Origin: Octopus sinensis
Lineage: Eukaryota
Assembly: GCF_006345805.1 (NCBI RefSeq)
Contig: NC_043020.1
Coordinates: 27,404,001-27,468,000 of the forward strand
Direction of reading: 5' to 3'
Length of the DNA stretch: 64,000 nucleotides
The notes beneath the pieces are model-generated. The model searched no databases and was not told the DNA's origin. It saw only the letters and a list, made by a program, of their open reading frames with translations. This document shows, piece after piece, positions 11,982-25,032 of this stretch (the first letter of the stretch is position 1; the number at the start of each line of letters is the position of its first letter). A program made the translations under genes and the position numbers.

Positions 11982-12135
11982 TCAGACTTCTCCAGCTTCG
12001 TCGATGGGTTGCACGACGATACTGCCAGCGAGGACGTCGTACGCAGCACGGTTATGGTCGAAGAAGAAGACTGTGAGACAAGCTGGGAAGAAGAAAGCTA
12101 TGGTGAAGTTTTTCAACACTGATCGCAGTAGTGCA
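11982..12135 (-). CDS. FAM8A1: FAM8A1 last coding exon (ALLRSVLKNFTIAFFFPACLTVFFFDHNRAAYDVLAGSIVVQPIDEAGEV*)
   Basis: ctctttttcag acceptor, TGA at 11984-11982. Matches RALIKNFSIASFFPAFITLLFFQHNRTAYDIVAGTIVV. Five-exon CDS totals 1815 nt = 604 aa + stop. Confidence 0.96.
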
Positions 12136-12202
12136 CTGAAAAAGAGAGAAAGAAAGAGAGATAGAGAGAAGGATAGAGAGAGAGAGAGTGGGAAAAATAT
12201 TA

Positions 12203-12984
12203 CTCTCTTTTACTTGTTTCAGTCATTTGACTGCGGCCATGCTGGAGCACCGCCTTTTTTAATCGAGCAAATCGACCCCGGGACTTATTCTTTTGTAAGC
12301 CCAGTACTTATTCTATCGGTCTCTTTTGCCAAACCTCCAAGTAATGGGACAGACACAGACACACAAACATATACACACACATACATATACATACGACTGG
12401 CTTCTTTCAGTTTCCGTCTACCAAATCCACTCACAAGGCATTGGTCGGCCCGGGGCTATAGCAGAAGACACTTGGCCAAGATGCCACGCAGTGGGACTGA
12501 ACCCGGAACCATGTGGTTGGTTAGCAAGCTACTTACCACACAGCCACTCCTGTGCCTATTAGAAAATAAAATAAACATATAAGAAAAATAAGCAGGAGTG
12601 GCTGTGTGGTAAGTAGCTTGTTTACCAACCGCATGGTTCCGGGTTCAGTCCCACTGCGGGACACCTTGGGCAAGTGTCTTCTACTATAGCCTCAGGTCGA
12701 CCAAAGCCTTGTGAGTGGATTTGGTAGACGGAAACTGAAAGAAGCCCGTCGTATATATTTATATGTGTGTGTATATGTTTGTGTGTCTGTATTTGTCCCC
12801 CTAGCATTGCTTGACAACCAATGCTGGTGTGTTTATGTCCCCGTCACTTAGCGGTTCGGCAAAAGAGACCGATAGAATAATTACTGGGCTTACAAAAGAG
12901 TAAGTCCTGGGGTCGAGTTGCTCGATTAAAGGCGGTGCTCCAGCATGGCCCAGTCAAATGACTGAAACAAGTAAAAGAGTAAAC
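12203..12984. mobile_element. Head-to-head inverted pair of S1 SINEs (12203-12552 minus, 12592-12984 plus)
   Basis: Two near-complete copies in opposite orientation separated by ~40 bp. Confidence 0.85.
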
Positions 12985-13223
12985 ATACTTGGAGTAATCT
13001 GGAAACCAACGAAGAAGATGAAAGTTTACAGAGAGTGACTGGATCTGCTGACCACCACCCTGGAACTTGACCCTCAATCCTGAAGCTGGCTCCATTAGTG
13101 AGGAGCCGGGTTCACTACTACGAAACTGGTTCCACAAACCTGTAGCTGCTATCCCATTATCCTAGATCCAGCTTCACTATCTTGGAACTGTCACCCTCTG
13201 TCTCCACTACCCTGGAGCTGGGT

Positions 13224-14430
13224 CCACTAACATGGAGGTGCCCTCCACCATCCACTACCCTGGAGCAGGCTCCACTATCCTATAACTTCCCCCACTAACA
13301 TGGAGGAGCCCTCCACCATCCACTACCCTGGAGCAGGCTCCACTATCCTATAACTTCCCCCACTAACATGGAGGTGCCCTCCACCATCCACTACCCTGGA
13401 GCTGGCTCCACTATCCTATAACCTCCCCCACTAACATGGAGGTTCCCTCCACCATCCACTACCCTGGAGCAGTCTCCACTATCCTATACTTCCCCACTAA
13501 CATGGAGGTGCCCACCACCATCCACTACCCTGGAGCTGACTCCACTATCCTATAACTTCCTCCACTAATGTGGAGGTGCCCTCCACCATCCACTACCCTG
13601 GAGCTGACTCCACTATCCTATAACTTCCCCCACTAACATGGAGGTGCCCTCCACCATCCACTACCCTGGAGCTGACTCCACTATCCTATAACTTCCTCCA
13701 CTAACATGGAGGTGCCCACCACCATCCACTACCCTGGAGCTGACTCCACTATCCTATAACTTCCTCCACTAATGTGGAGGTGCCCTCCACCATCCACTAC
13801 CCTGGAGCTGGCTCCACTATCCTATAACTTTCCCCACTAACATAGAGGTGCCCTCCACCATCCACTACTCTGGAGCAGGCTCCACTATTCTATAACTTCC
13901 CCCACTAATGTGGAGGTGCCCACCACCATCCACTACCCTGGAGCTGACTCCACTATCCTATAAGTTCCTCCACTAATGTGGAGGTGCCCTCCACCATCCA
14001 CTACCCTGGAGCTGGCTCCACTATCCTATAATTTCCCCCACTAATGTGGAGGTGCCCTCCACCATCCACTACCCTGGAGCTGGCTCCACTATCCTATAAC
14101 CTCCCCCACTAACATGGAGGTTCCCTCCACCATCCACTACTCTGGAGCAGGCTCCACTATCCTATAACTTCCCCCACTAACATGGAGGTGCCCACCACCA
14201 TCCACTACCCTGGAGCTGACTCCACTATCCTATAACTTCCTCCACTAACATGGAGGTGCCCTCCACCATCCACTACCCTGGAGCTGACTCCACTATCCTA
14301 TAACTTCCTCCACTAACATGGAGGTGCCCTCCACCATCCACTACCCTGGAGCTGACTCCACTATCCTATAACTTCCTCCACTAATGTGGAGGTGCCCACC
14401 ACCATCCACTACCCTGGAGCTGACTCCACT
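13224..14430. repeat. 68-bp minisatellite, ~18 copies, FAM8A1 intron 4
   Basis: Unit ccactaacatggaggtgccctccaccatccactaccctggagctgactccactatcctataacttcct; first two copies start at 13224 and 13292. Confidence 0.95.
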
Positions 14431-14512
14431 GTACTGAAACCTTTTCTGCTACCCTGGAGTTGGCTCTACTGCCCTTTGAAACAACAAAAGTGACCACACA
14501 TGGAACTCCTAC

Positions 14513-14664
14513 CTGTTGAGTCCGATATCTTGGGCCGGGGTCACGCGTATTCGTCCATTACCAAGGTCAGAGATTTCTGTACACGACACAACTTTCATAC
14601 CTAAAAGTCTTTTGCCTGGAGTGGAACCACCAACAACACCGATTCCTCGTTGTAAACACATTGT
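14513..14664 (-). CDS. FAM8A1: FAM8A1 exon 4 (TMCLQRGIGVVGGSTPGKRLLGMKVVSCTEISDLGNGRIRVTPAQDIGLN)
   Basis: ttccatttgcag acceptor, gtagg donor. RDD-domain GxTPGKxLLGxxVV motif. Confidence 0.96.
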
Positions 14665-17600
14665 CTGCAAATGGAAAATAAAAGGCCATTTTCAAAATAA
14701 TATCATCTATATATAGATATATGATGTATACACACACACACACACACACATACATATATTACATATACACCTATGTGTATATATATATATATACACATAT
14801 ATAAATATATATATTACATATATAAATATATATATCACGTGAGGTAGTGAGTTTGATTCCTGTATCAGGCTGTGTGTTATGTTCTTGAGCAAGACACTTT
14901 ATTTCACATTGCTCCAGTTCACTCAGCTGTAAAAAAGAGTTGTGACATCACTGTGGCCAAGCCGTATTGGCCTTTGCCTTTCCTTACAGGCACCAACAAG
15001 ATCTAGGTCGACTAGATACTATAGGGGAAGACAGCTTGCCCACGGGATTGAATCTGGAACCATACGGTTGTGAAACAAACCTCCTTACCCACAAAGAGAT
15101 GCCTGCACTGTACACTGCCAACAGCAGTTTTTATTGGTTTATTAGAGAGCCCCTCCATAAGGTCCTTTTTTTTTCTATTGGACCAGGAGGAGGTAGAGAG
15201 GTTATAGGGCCTTACTTCAGTTGAGAGTAAACATAAATTTTGTCCTATTGTTATAAATAGGACAATATTTATAATATATTATTAGAGACCCTCTCCAGAT
15301 AATATGGAGGGGGTCTCTAATAAACTAGATATTATAGGGGAAGACAGCTGGCCAAGACATCATTCCATGGGATTGAACCTGGCGAGCTGGCAGAAACGTT
15401 AGCATACCGGGCAAAATGCGTAGCTGTATTTCGTCTGCCGTTACGTTCTGAGTTCAAATTCCGCCGAGGTCGACTTTGCTTTTCATCCTTCCGGGGTCGA
15501 TAAATTAAGTACCAGTTATGCACTGGGGTCGATGTAATCCACTTAATCCGTTTGTCTGATGAAATACTGCTAAGCATTTCGCCCGGTGTGCTAACGTTTT
15601 TGCCAGCTCGCCGCCTTCGGACTGCCATATACTAACTAACTTCTTGTCTTACAAGATCAAGTGTTCCTAACAAGGTAGGGTCAAGATTTAACTCCCCCTG
15701 TGCCATCCCTCCACCATCCACTAAAATATATAAAAGCTGTAAAGGTGGTGAGCTAGCAGACACGGTAGCGCGCCGGGTGAAATGCTTAGCGGTATTTCGT
15801 CTGTCGCTACGTTCTGAGTTCAAATTCCGCCGAGGTCGACTTTGCCTTTCATCCTTCCGGGGTCGATAAATTAAGTACCAGTTATGCACTGGGGTCGATG
15901 TAATCGACTTAATCCGTTTGTCTGTCCTTGTTTGTCCTCTCTGTGTTTAGCCCCTTGTGGGTAGTAAAGAAATAGGGATTGAACCTGGAACCATATGGTT
16001 GTGAAACAAACCTCCTTACCCACAAAGACATGCCTGTGCTGTAGACTGCTGACAGCAGTTTTTATTGGCAGAGTAATGAATATGAAATATACAGTGCTAC
16101 AGACCCGACCAGCTGTCACTCATTCATTTTCTTTCTCTCGCTCTCCCCTCTCCCTTCCTCTCTCTCTCAGCCTCTCCACTACGTACACCATCTGATAATA
16201 ATTCAAACGATCATCCACACCATCCTGCTTTGGTGTCGTGTCGTGACGCTAAGCTATCATCATCATCATCATCATCATCGTTTAACGTCCGTTTTCCGCG
16301 CTAGCATGGGTTGGACGGTTCGACCGGGGTCTAGGAAGCCAGGAGGCTGCACCAGGCTCCAGTCTGATCTGGCAATGTTTCTACGGCTGGATGCCCTTCC
16401 TAACGCCAACCACTCCGCGAGTGTAGTGGGTGCTTGTTACGTGCCACCGGCAGCTACCATTAATGGCTGCGGTCACAATGAAGCAGCGACTAGTAACCAG
16501 TAAAAAATATAATATAAATCATTATAATCATCATAGACGTAGGAGTGGCTGTGTGGTAAGTAGCTTGTTTACCAACCACATGGTTCTGGGTTCAGTCCCA
16601 CTGTATGGCACCTTGGGCAAGTGTCTTCTACTATAGCCTCAGGCCGACCAAAGCCTTGTGAGTGGATTTGGTAGACGGAAACTGAAAGAAGCTTGTCCTA
16701 TATATGTATATGTGTATGTGTGTGTATGTGTGTCTGTGTTTGTCCCCCCAACATCGCTTGACAACTGATGCTGGTGTGTTTACGTCCCTGTAACTTAGCG
16801 GTTCAGCAAAAGAGACTGATAGAGTAAGTACTAGGCTTACAAAGAATAAGTCCTGGGGTCAAAGAATAAGTCCTTGCTCGACTAAAAGCGGTGCTGCAGC
16901 ATGGCCACAGTCAAAATGACTGAAACAAGTAAAAGAGTAAAAGTGTGTCATCATTGTCGTTTAATGTTCGTTTTCCAAGGTGGCACGAGTTGGCTGGCGC
17001 AACAGGAGCCAACAAGCAGAGGCACTGCATCGGACACCGATGTCTTCTTGGGCAGAGTTTCTGTGGTTGGATGTCCTTCCTAATGCCAACCACTTCAAAA
17101 AGGATACTGGTAGATTTTTATGTGGTACCAGCACCAATGGGATTCACCAAGTAACTTGCAAGACAAAACCCTCTCAACAGGGGAGGGGGCATGTAGTTTT
17201 TAACCCTTTCATAATCATATTTCTGCTGAAATATGTTGCTTTATTTTATGGCCCAGTGGTTAAATTTGCTTGGCAGTCATGAATTTGCGGTTCGATCCTA
17301 CGCTGTGGGATTTGGACCAAGTGTTTTTCTGTGCAGGTGGCACATTTGGGCATGGCCGTTGCCAGTCCCACCACACTGGCCCTCATGCCGGTGACACGTA
17401 AAAAGCACCTACTACACTCTCGGAGTGGTTGGCGTTAGGAAAGGTGTCTAACTACAAAAACTCTGCCAGATCAGACTGGAGTCTGGTTCGCCAGACCTCA
17501 GTCAAATCGTCCAACCCATGCCAGCATGGAAAGCGGACATTAAATGATGATGATGATGAAGCATTTATTAAAATAACTTTGTCCCTATGAAACTACTGCT

Positions 17601-18020
17601 TAGAACATTAATTAAGGTTTTGATTCGGATTACTTTAAAACAGAAATTTTATATCACAGAACTAGGGCTGGTTTCAGGCAGGTTTGTATGAAACGGGTGG
17701 AGGGAGGCAGCTTTATGCCAGGTGATGAGAGGTTGACCTTTAGGACACTGTCTTTTCTCTAGAATTGTTTTCCTTGCCACTGTCCTGTTACTACAGTGGA
17801 GAAAACACATACTCTTTTACTTGTTTTAGTCATTTGACTGCGGCCATGCTGGAGCACCGCCTTTAGTCGAGCAAATCGGTCCCCGGAACTTATTCTTTTG
17901 TAAGCCCAGTACTTATTCTATTGGTCTCTTTTGCCGAACCGCTAAGTGACGGGGACGTAAACAGACCAGCATCAGTTGTCAAGCAATGCTATGGGGACAA
18001 ACACAGACACACAAACATAT

Positions 18021-18054
<34 letters not shown>

Positions 18055-18058
18055 TACA

Positions 18059-18098
<40 letters not shown>

Positions 18099-18624
18099 GT
18101 ATTATATAAATATATTTATATATATATATATATATATATTATAATATATATGTATATATATATATATGTATATATATATCTATATATATATATATATATA
18201 GTATATAATATATATATAATATATATACATCTATACACGGGCTTCTTTCAGTTTCCGTCTACCAAATCCACTCACAAGGCTTTGGTCGGCCCGAGGCTAA
18301 AGTAGAAGACACTTGCCCAAGATTCCACGCAGTGGGACTGAACCCGGAACCACGTGGTTGGTAAGCAAGCTACTTACCACACAGCCACCCCTGTGACATA
18401 ATGCACCTACAGTGTACTAAAGGTTAAAATATGACAGAGGGATAGTTAAGGAAATACCGTCTTACACACACACGACCACACATACACACACACAGTGAAG
18501 TGATTCTCTTTTCAAAAAAAAAAAACCCAGAACATAATTATATAACAAGAGTACAGTGCTTAGGTGTCGAGCACTGCTAAAAAGAGTGACTAAATGACAA
18601 TGAATTGAGACAAAGTTGACCTAC

Positions 18625-18760
18625 CTCGACAATTGTTATAGAGATTCTGTTTAGTAATTCAAACAAGATCATTTCAGATGTAAAATGAAACATTTTGCTG
18701 ATATCAAAGTCATCCATTGCCACATACCAGTTATATTCCAGGTCATATTTATCTAAGTCT
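18625..18760 (-). CDS. FAM8A1: FAM8A1 exon 3 ([45 protein letters not shown])
   Basis: tttttaacag acceptor, gtagg donor; 1+135 nt, in phase with exons 2 and 4. Confidence 0.9.
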
Positions 18761-18799
18761 CTGTTAAAAAATAGAATAAAAAGAGAATAATAATATAGG

Positions 18800-18825
18800 C
18801 ATACATAGATAGATATGTTATATAC

Positions 18826-18870
<45 letters not shown>

Positions 18871-18925
18871 AATATGTGGTATACTACATATATATATATA
18901 TAATAATATATAAGAATATATGTGT

Positions 18926-18960
<35 letters not shown>

Positions 18961-18991
18961 AGAATATATGTGTAACATACATATATATATA

Positions 18992-19023
<32 letters not shown>

Positions 19024-19036
19024 AGAATATATGTGT

Positions 19037-19076
<40 letters not shown>

Positions 19077-19101
19077 CTATATATAAGAATATATGTGTAT
19101 C

Positions 19102-19140
<39 letters not shown>

Positions 19141-19249
19141 TATATATTATATATATAAATATATGTGTATACATACATATATATATATATATATAAGAAT
19201 ATATGTGTATACATATATATATATATATTATATATAAGAATATATGTGT

Positions 19250-19290
<41 letters not shown>

Positions 19291-19301
19291 AATATATGTG
19301 T

Positions 19302-19346
<45 letters not shown>

Positions 19347-19470
19347 GATATATGTGTATACATACATATATACATATATATATATATAATATATATATAT
19401 ATAGAATATATGTGTATACATACATACATACATATATATATGTATGCATGTATATAAATATATATATTAG
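18800..19470. repeat. (TA)n-based minisatellite with recurring ataagaatatatgtgtatacatac spacer
   Basis: About ten spacer copies between variable TA runs, next to the FAM8A1 exon 3 acceptor. Confidence 0.85.
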
Positions 19471-19739
19471 AAAAAATGAGGTAATCAGATCGGATGGTTC
19501 ATATTTATAGATATTTATTTATATTTACTTTTTTACATATATATATCTATCATATCATTCAGATCATATCATTCGGATTATTAGCGCGCTTTCTCCCAAT
19601 CCAGTGGGGTTTTCAAATCAAATCAATTCCTTCCTGGGGAATTTGAACATTTTATAGAGTTTCATAGTACTGGGGAGGAATAAGACAGTATAAGAGGGTG
19701 AGGAGGAAGTGAGACAGAGAAAACATGTGTGTATGTGTA

Positions 19740-19785
<46 letters not shown>

Positions 19786-20023
19786 TGTGTGTGTGTGATG
19801 TGTGTGTGTGTGTGCGTTTGTATCTGAGAGGGAAGAAGAAGTATTTCCTTTGGCCTGCTGGACCCCCTATGGTTTTCTAAGAATTTTGGCTCTCTGTCCT
19901 CTCTGGTGTCACTGAGTGTGTGTTGTGGGTAGGCTGGCAGGACAAATGTCATTTGGGGTCATACTTTTTATGATTGTTTTGTGGAGGTGTGTGTGTGTGT
20001 GTCTCTGTGTGTGCGTGTGTGTT

Positions 20024-20056
<33 letters not shown>

Positions 20057-20277
20057 CTCTGTGTGTTTGGAGAAGGAGAGAGAGACAAAAAGAGAAAAGG
20101 GAAAATAAAAATAAAAATAAATATAAAAATAAAAAAATAATAAAAAAATAAAAAATAAAAAATAAATAAAAAATAAATAAAAATAAGGGTGGAAGAAGAA
20201 AAAAATATTTTTGTGTGTTGATATTTATACCAATACATATATATACACACACAGACTTATACATAAAATATTTGAAA

Positions 20278-20880
20278 AAAACCATTTTATTGGTTCAAAA
20301 TGAACAACCAAATTACACCATCTTGAAAATTGTATATCATAGGAAAGTTAAAATTAAAGTGACAATTAAAAGGTAAAGATGGAAGTAAATTATAAAGATA
20401 ATAATATAATATAATGTATATAACAGGCAATACACATATATACACACACAGATATAATATATATATATATTATATATTATATAATATATAATATATATAT
20501 ATACACATACACATATACTAAATGTTCTACTATATAGATTGTAAATCGAAAGATGCATCCTTCAATGTCACTATATATATATATATATATATATACATGC
20601 TTACACATGAAATATTAGAGAGAAACCACCTTCTATTGAATCAAAATGAACAATCAAATTACATTACACCATCTTGAAATTGCATATCATAGGAAGGTTA
20701 AAATAGAATGACAATTGGCAAGTAAAGATCAAGTGAATTTGCAAAAACAATATAATGTATATAACAGGTAACATATACATAACACACACCTATATATATA
20801 TATATATATACACACATAATATTAAATGTTCCAATGTATCATATTGTAAATCGAAAAAATTTGTCCTTCAATGTATGTTG
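20278..20880. repeat. Two diverged ~340-bp AT-rich direct repeats abutting the Penelope relic (possible pseudo-LTR copies)
   Basis: aaacca..ttattg..tcaaaatgaacaa.caaattaca...tcataggaa.gttaaaat recurs at ~20278 and ~20623. Confidence 0.55.
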
Positions 20881-20924
20881 AGTAAAGTTTCAGCCATTTA
20901 ATTTGGGGGAGAACTTAGCTATGA

Positions 20925-21365
20925 AATGTTTTTCCATATTCCTCCTGAAGGAGGTGTCGTTCTTTCGGACACTTGTAGAAGGAATATCTTAATTTTTCCT
21001 TCTCCACATGTAGCTAGGTGTGTGCTTAGTGGTATTTTGCGTAGTTGTTCCTGCCGGATATGTTGCCGGTGGATCCTGGCTCGCTGCACAAAGAATTACC
21101 AGTTTCACCTACGTAATTCTCCTTGCACGTGGGGCAGGTTATGCAGTATATGACGTTCTGCGTCTTGCAGTTCATATCTGCATTTACTTTGAATATGTCA
21201 CCATTTTTAAATCTTATCTCTCTGTTGCCCTCTATGTATTTGTAGGTGGGGTTGCTGCAGGTCCCACATCTACCTCTCCGCACTCTTTTGCAAAGAATTC
21301 CGTTTAGTTTCTGAAGAGAATTTCACTCTTGTTAGTTTTTTTAAGGTTTTTGTCCTGTCGTCTAC
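20925..21365 (-). mobile_element. Penelope-like element relic: GIY-YIG endonuclease region
   Basis: MNCKTQNVIYCITCPTCKENYVGETGNSL is the VIY...YVG signature of Penelope-type GIY-YIG domains; frameshifted. Confidence 0.85.
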
Positions 21366-21502
21366 TGTTTTTATATATATATATATAATATATATATATT
21401 TATATATATATATATATTTGTGTGTGTGTGTGTGCGTCAACCCATGCTAGCATGGAAAGCGGACGCTAAATGAAAATGAAAATGAAATATATATATATAT
21501 AT

Positions 21503-23170
21503 GGCAACGAGTACAGTGAAGAATTCCGGGTAGGGGTCCACCAAGGCTCAGTCCTCATCCCCCTCCTATTTATCATAGTCCTCCAGGCAATAACGGAGGA
21601 ATTCAAGACAGGATGGCCCTTGGGAGCTCCTCTAGTGCGGTACCTTGCTCTAATTGCTGAATCACTATCAGAACTGGAGGAGAAGTTTCAGGTGTGGAAA
21701 CAAGGTTAGAATCGAAGGGCCTCAGAGTCAATCTAGCTAAAACCAAAGTCGTAATCATTAGGAAGGTAGACAAATCACAAACGCCTTCAGGTAGATGGCC
21801 CTGCTCGATCTGTAGAAAAGGTGTAGGTAGAAATCTATAAGATGCACCAAGTGTAAGCAATGGACACATAAGAGTGTCAGCAATGTCAAAGGAAGGCTAA
21901 CTAGGAAGATGGTTTTTGATGTGGCAGATGCTCAGGAACAATAAACACTGAAAAGCTCTGAGACCAACTTCCGTCACTTTCCAGGGAGGAAAAACTAGAA
22001 ATAGTTGATAGCTTCCGTTACCTAGGTGACCAAGTCAGCAGCGGGGGCGGGTGTGTGCTGAAAGTGTACCTGCTAGAGTAAGAATAGCTTGGGCAAAGTT
22101 CAGAGAGCTCTTACCTCTGCTGGTGACAAAAGGCCTCTCGCACAGAGTAAAAGGCAGACTGTATCATGTGTGTGTACGAACAGCCATGCTACATGGCAGT
22201 GAAACATGGGCCGTGCTGCGAGGATATGCGTAAGCTCGCAAGAATGAAGCCAGTATGCGCCGATAGATGTGTAAATGTCAGTACTCATACTCGACGAGTG
22301 TAAGTACCTTGAGAGAAAAGCTGGACCTAAGAAGCATCAGTTTTGGTGTGCAAGAGAGACGTTTGCGCTGGTATGGGCATGTGGCGAGAATGGATGAAGA
22401 TAGTTGTGTGAAAAAGTGCCACACCCTAGCGGTTGAGGGAACCTGTGGAAGAGGCAGACCCAGGAAAACCTGGGACGAGGTGGTGAAGCACGACCTTCGA
22501 ACTTTAGGTCTCACTGAGGAAATGACTAGAGACCGAGACCTCTGGAAGTATGTTGTGCGCGAGAAGACCCGGCAGGACAAGTGAGACATGACCCGTGGCC
22601 TTCTACATGGGATGAGCCAGCCTACGTATGCATACCTTCCCTTCTTGGGACACAAAACTCTACTTGTGAAGACCTGTTGAGGCAAGTGAGGATCAGATCG
22701 AAATCGATCAATGGAAATTGCAGCTGAGTTACCAGTGCCGGTGGCACGTAAGAGAACCATACGTTCGTGACCATTGCCAGCGCCACCCCGACTGGCCTCG
22801 TGCCGGCGGCACGTAAAAAGCACCATCCGTTCGTGTCCGTTGCCAGCTTCGCCTGGCCCCTGTGCCGGTGGCACGTAAAAGCACCATCCGTGCGTGTCCG
22901 TTGCCAGCCTCGCCTGGCCCTCGTGCCGGTGGCACGTAAAAGCACTATCTGTTCGTGGCTGTTTGCCAGCTCTGTCTGGCACCTGTGTGGGTGGCACGTA
23001 AAAAGCACCCACTACACTCATGGAGTGGTTGGCGTTAGGAAGGGCATCCAGCCATAGAAACACTGCCAGATCTGACTGGGCCTGATGAAGCCTTCCGGTT
23101 TCACAGACCCCAGTTGAACCATCCAACCCATGCTAGCATGGAAAACGGACGCTAAATGATGATGATGATG
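21503..23170 (+). mobile_element. 5'-truncated RTE-clade LINE: frameshifted RT C-terminus to 22584, then 3' UTR with internal tandem repeats and (GAT)n tail
   Basis: Peptides GVHQGSVLIPLLF, LIAESLSELEEKFQVWKQG, VRIAWAKFRELLPLL, RRLRWYGHVARM, GRGRPRKTWDEVV are typical RTE ORF C-terminal motifs. Confidence 0.9.
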
Positions 23171-23374
23171 ATATATATAGATATATATATATATATGTAT
23201 ATACAAATTGAGATAGGGGTTGTAAATGCAACCCTCCATGGGATAACATATATCCAATATACTGCTAGTGAAGTACCCAACAAAGTTAATACATAAATGT
23301 TAATGATTGCGATGTAATCAATTCATTTACTGTATTACATATGCAAAAGTAAAATGATTTACTACAAATTACTA

Positions 23375-23766
23375 ATACAAGATAAGAAAATGGAGAAATA
23401 CATCTAAATCAAATATCAATTACCAGATAATACTCAATCACATACTTTATTAAACCACCACATAAGAGACTGTAGGGTTAGATATAAAAAGCAGAACAAA
23501 TCAGTGTACATAAAGGAATGTACTTAAAAAAGTAATGTTGTATAATATATTTATATTCTCTTTTAGATATATTCTACTTATTATACAACATTATCTTTTA
23601 TGTACACTTTTTTATGTACATTCCTTTAATGTACACTGATTTGTTCTGCTTTTTTATATCTAATCCTACAGTCTCTTATGTGGTGGTTTACTAAAGTATG
23701 TGATTGAGTATTATCTGGTAATTGATATTTGATTTAGATGTATTTCTCCATTTTCTTATCTTGTAT
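23375..23766. mobile_element. AT-rich foldback element / MITE with ~150-170-bp near-perfect inverted arms
   Basis: atacaagataagaaaatggagaaatacatc... is mirrored by ...gatgtatttctccattttcttatcttgtat. Confidence 0.8.
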
Positions 23767-23843
23767 ATGTATATATATAATATAATGTATAACATATATG
23801 TATATTTTATGTATTATATATATATTTATATATATAATATACA

Positions 23844-24482
23844 CATCATCATCATCATCATCATCGTCGTTTACGTCCGTTCTCCATGCTAGCATGGGTT
23901 GACGGTTCGACCGGGTTCTGGAAGCCAGAAGGCTGCACAGGCCCAGTCTAATTTGGCAGTGTTTTCTACAGCTGGATGCCCTTCCTAACGCCAACCACTC
24001 CGTGAGTGTAGTGGGTGCTTTTTACATGCCACCTGCACAGGTGCCAGGGTGGCTGGCACGCCACGGTCAGATTGGTGTATTTTATGTGCCACCGGCACGG
24101 AAGCCATTCTAGGCGTGTGCTGGCATCGGCCACGAGTCTGGATAGTGCTTTTTAACGTACCACCAGACCAGGATCCTGGCTGGTTCAATTCGATTTCGAT
24201 TTCGCTTGCCCAACCATGTCTTCACAAGCAAAGGGGGTTGGCAGGGTGCCTGTCGTACGGTCGCATTGGAGTATTTCACGTGCCACGGCCACGAGTCGGA
24301 TAGTGCTTTTTTACGTACCACCAGACAGGGATCCTGGCTGGTTCAATTGCGATTTCGATTTACACATATATGTAGAATTTATGTATAATATATATATATA
24401 TATATATATATATTATACACACATATATGTATATTTAGTAGATATATATATATATATATATATACCCACATATATGTATATT

Positions 24483-24531
<49 letters not shown>

Positions 24532-24944
24532 CATATGTATATTTATGTAGTTATAATATATATATATATATAGATATACATATTGTATATTTATGTATAT
24601 ATATACTATATATATATATATATATTATCATATATATATATATATACATATATGTATATTTATGTAGATATATATATATATATATATATACATATATATG
24701 TATTTATGTATATATATTATATACACCCGGAGTAAACACATAATGTGAAACAGGTGGAAAAAGAGTACTCAAAACCAGTGGTAGAGTATATGCTTTATTT
24801 TATAGCAGCATAAATTCAACAATCTGTTACTCTGAGTTTCTCGTTGCCGTCATCTAGCATAAAACTGTCTGATTGAACGGCAACGAGAAACTCAGAGTAA
24901 CAGATTTTGTTGAATTTTCTGCTGCTTAAATAAAGTATATATAT

Positions 24945-24976
<32 letters not shown>

Positions 24977-24990
24977 CATATATGATATTT

Positions 24991-25032
<42 letters not shown>

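Noticed and set aside
13224-14430. Regular repeat array superficially CRISPR-like
   Set aside because: Units are directly adjacent with no unique spacers, the context is a eukaryotic intron and there are no cas genes. The same applies to the 183-bp array.
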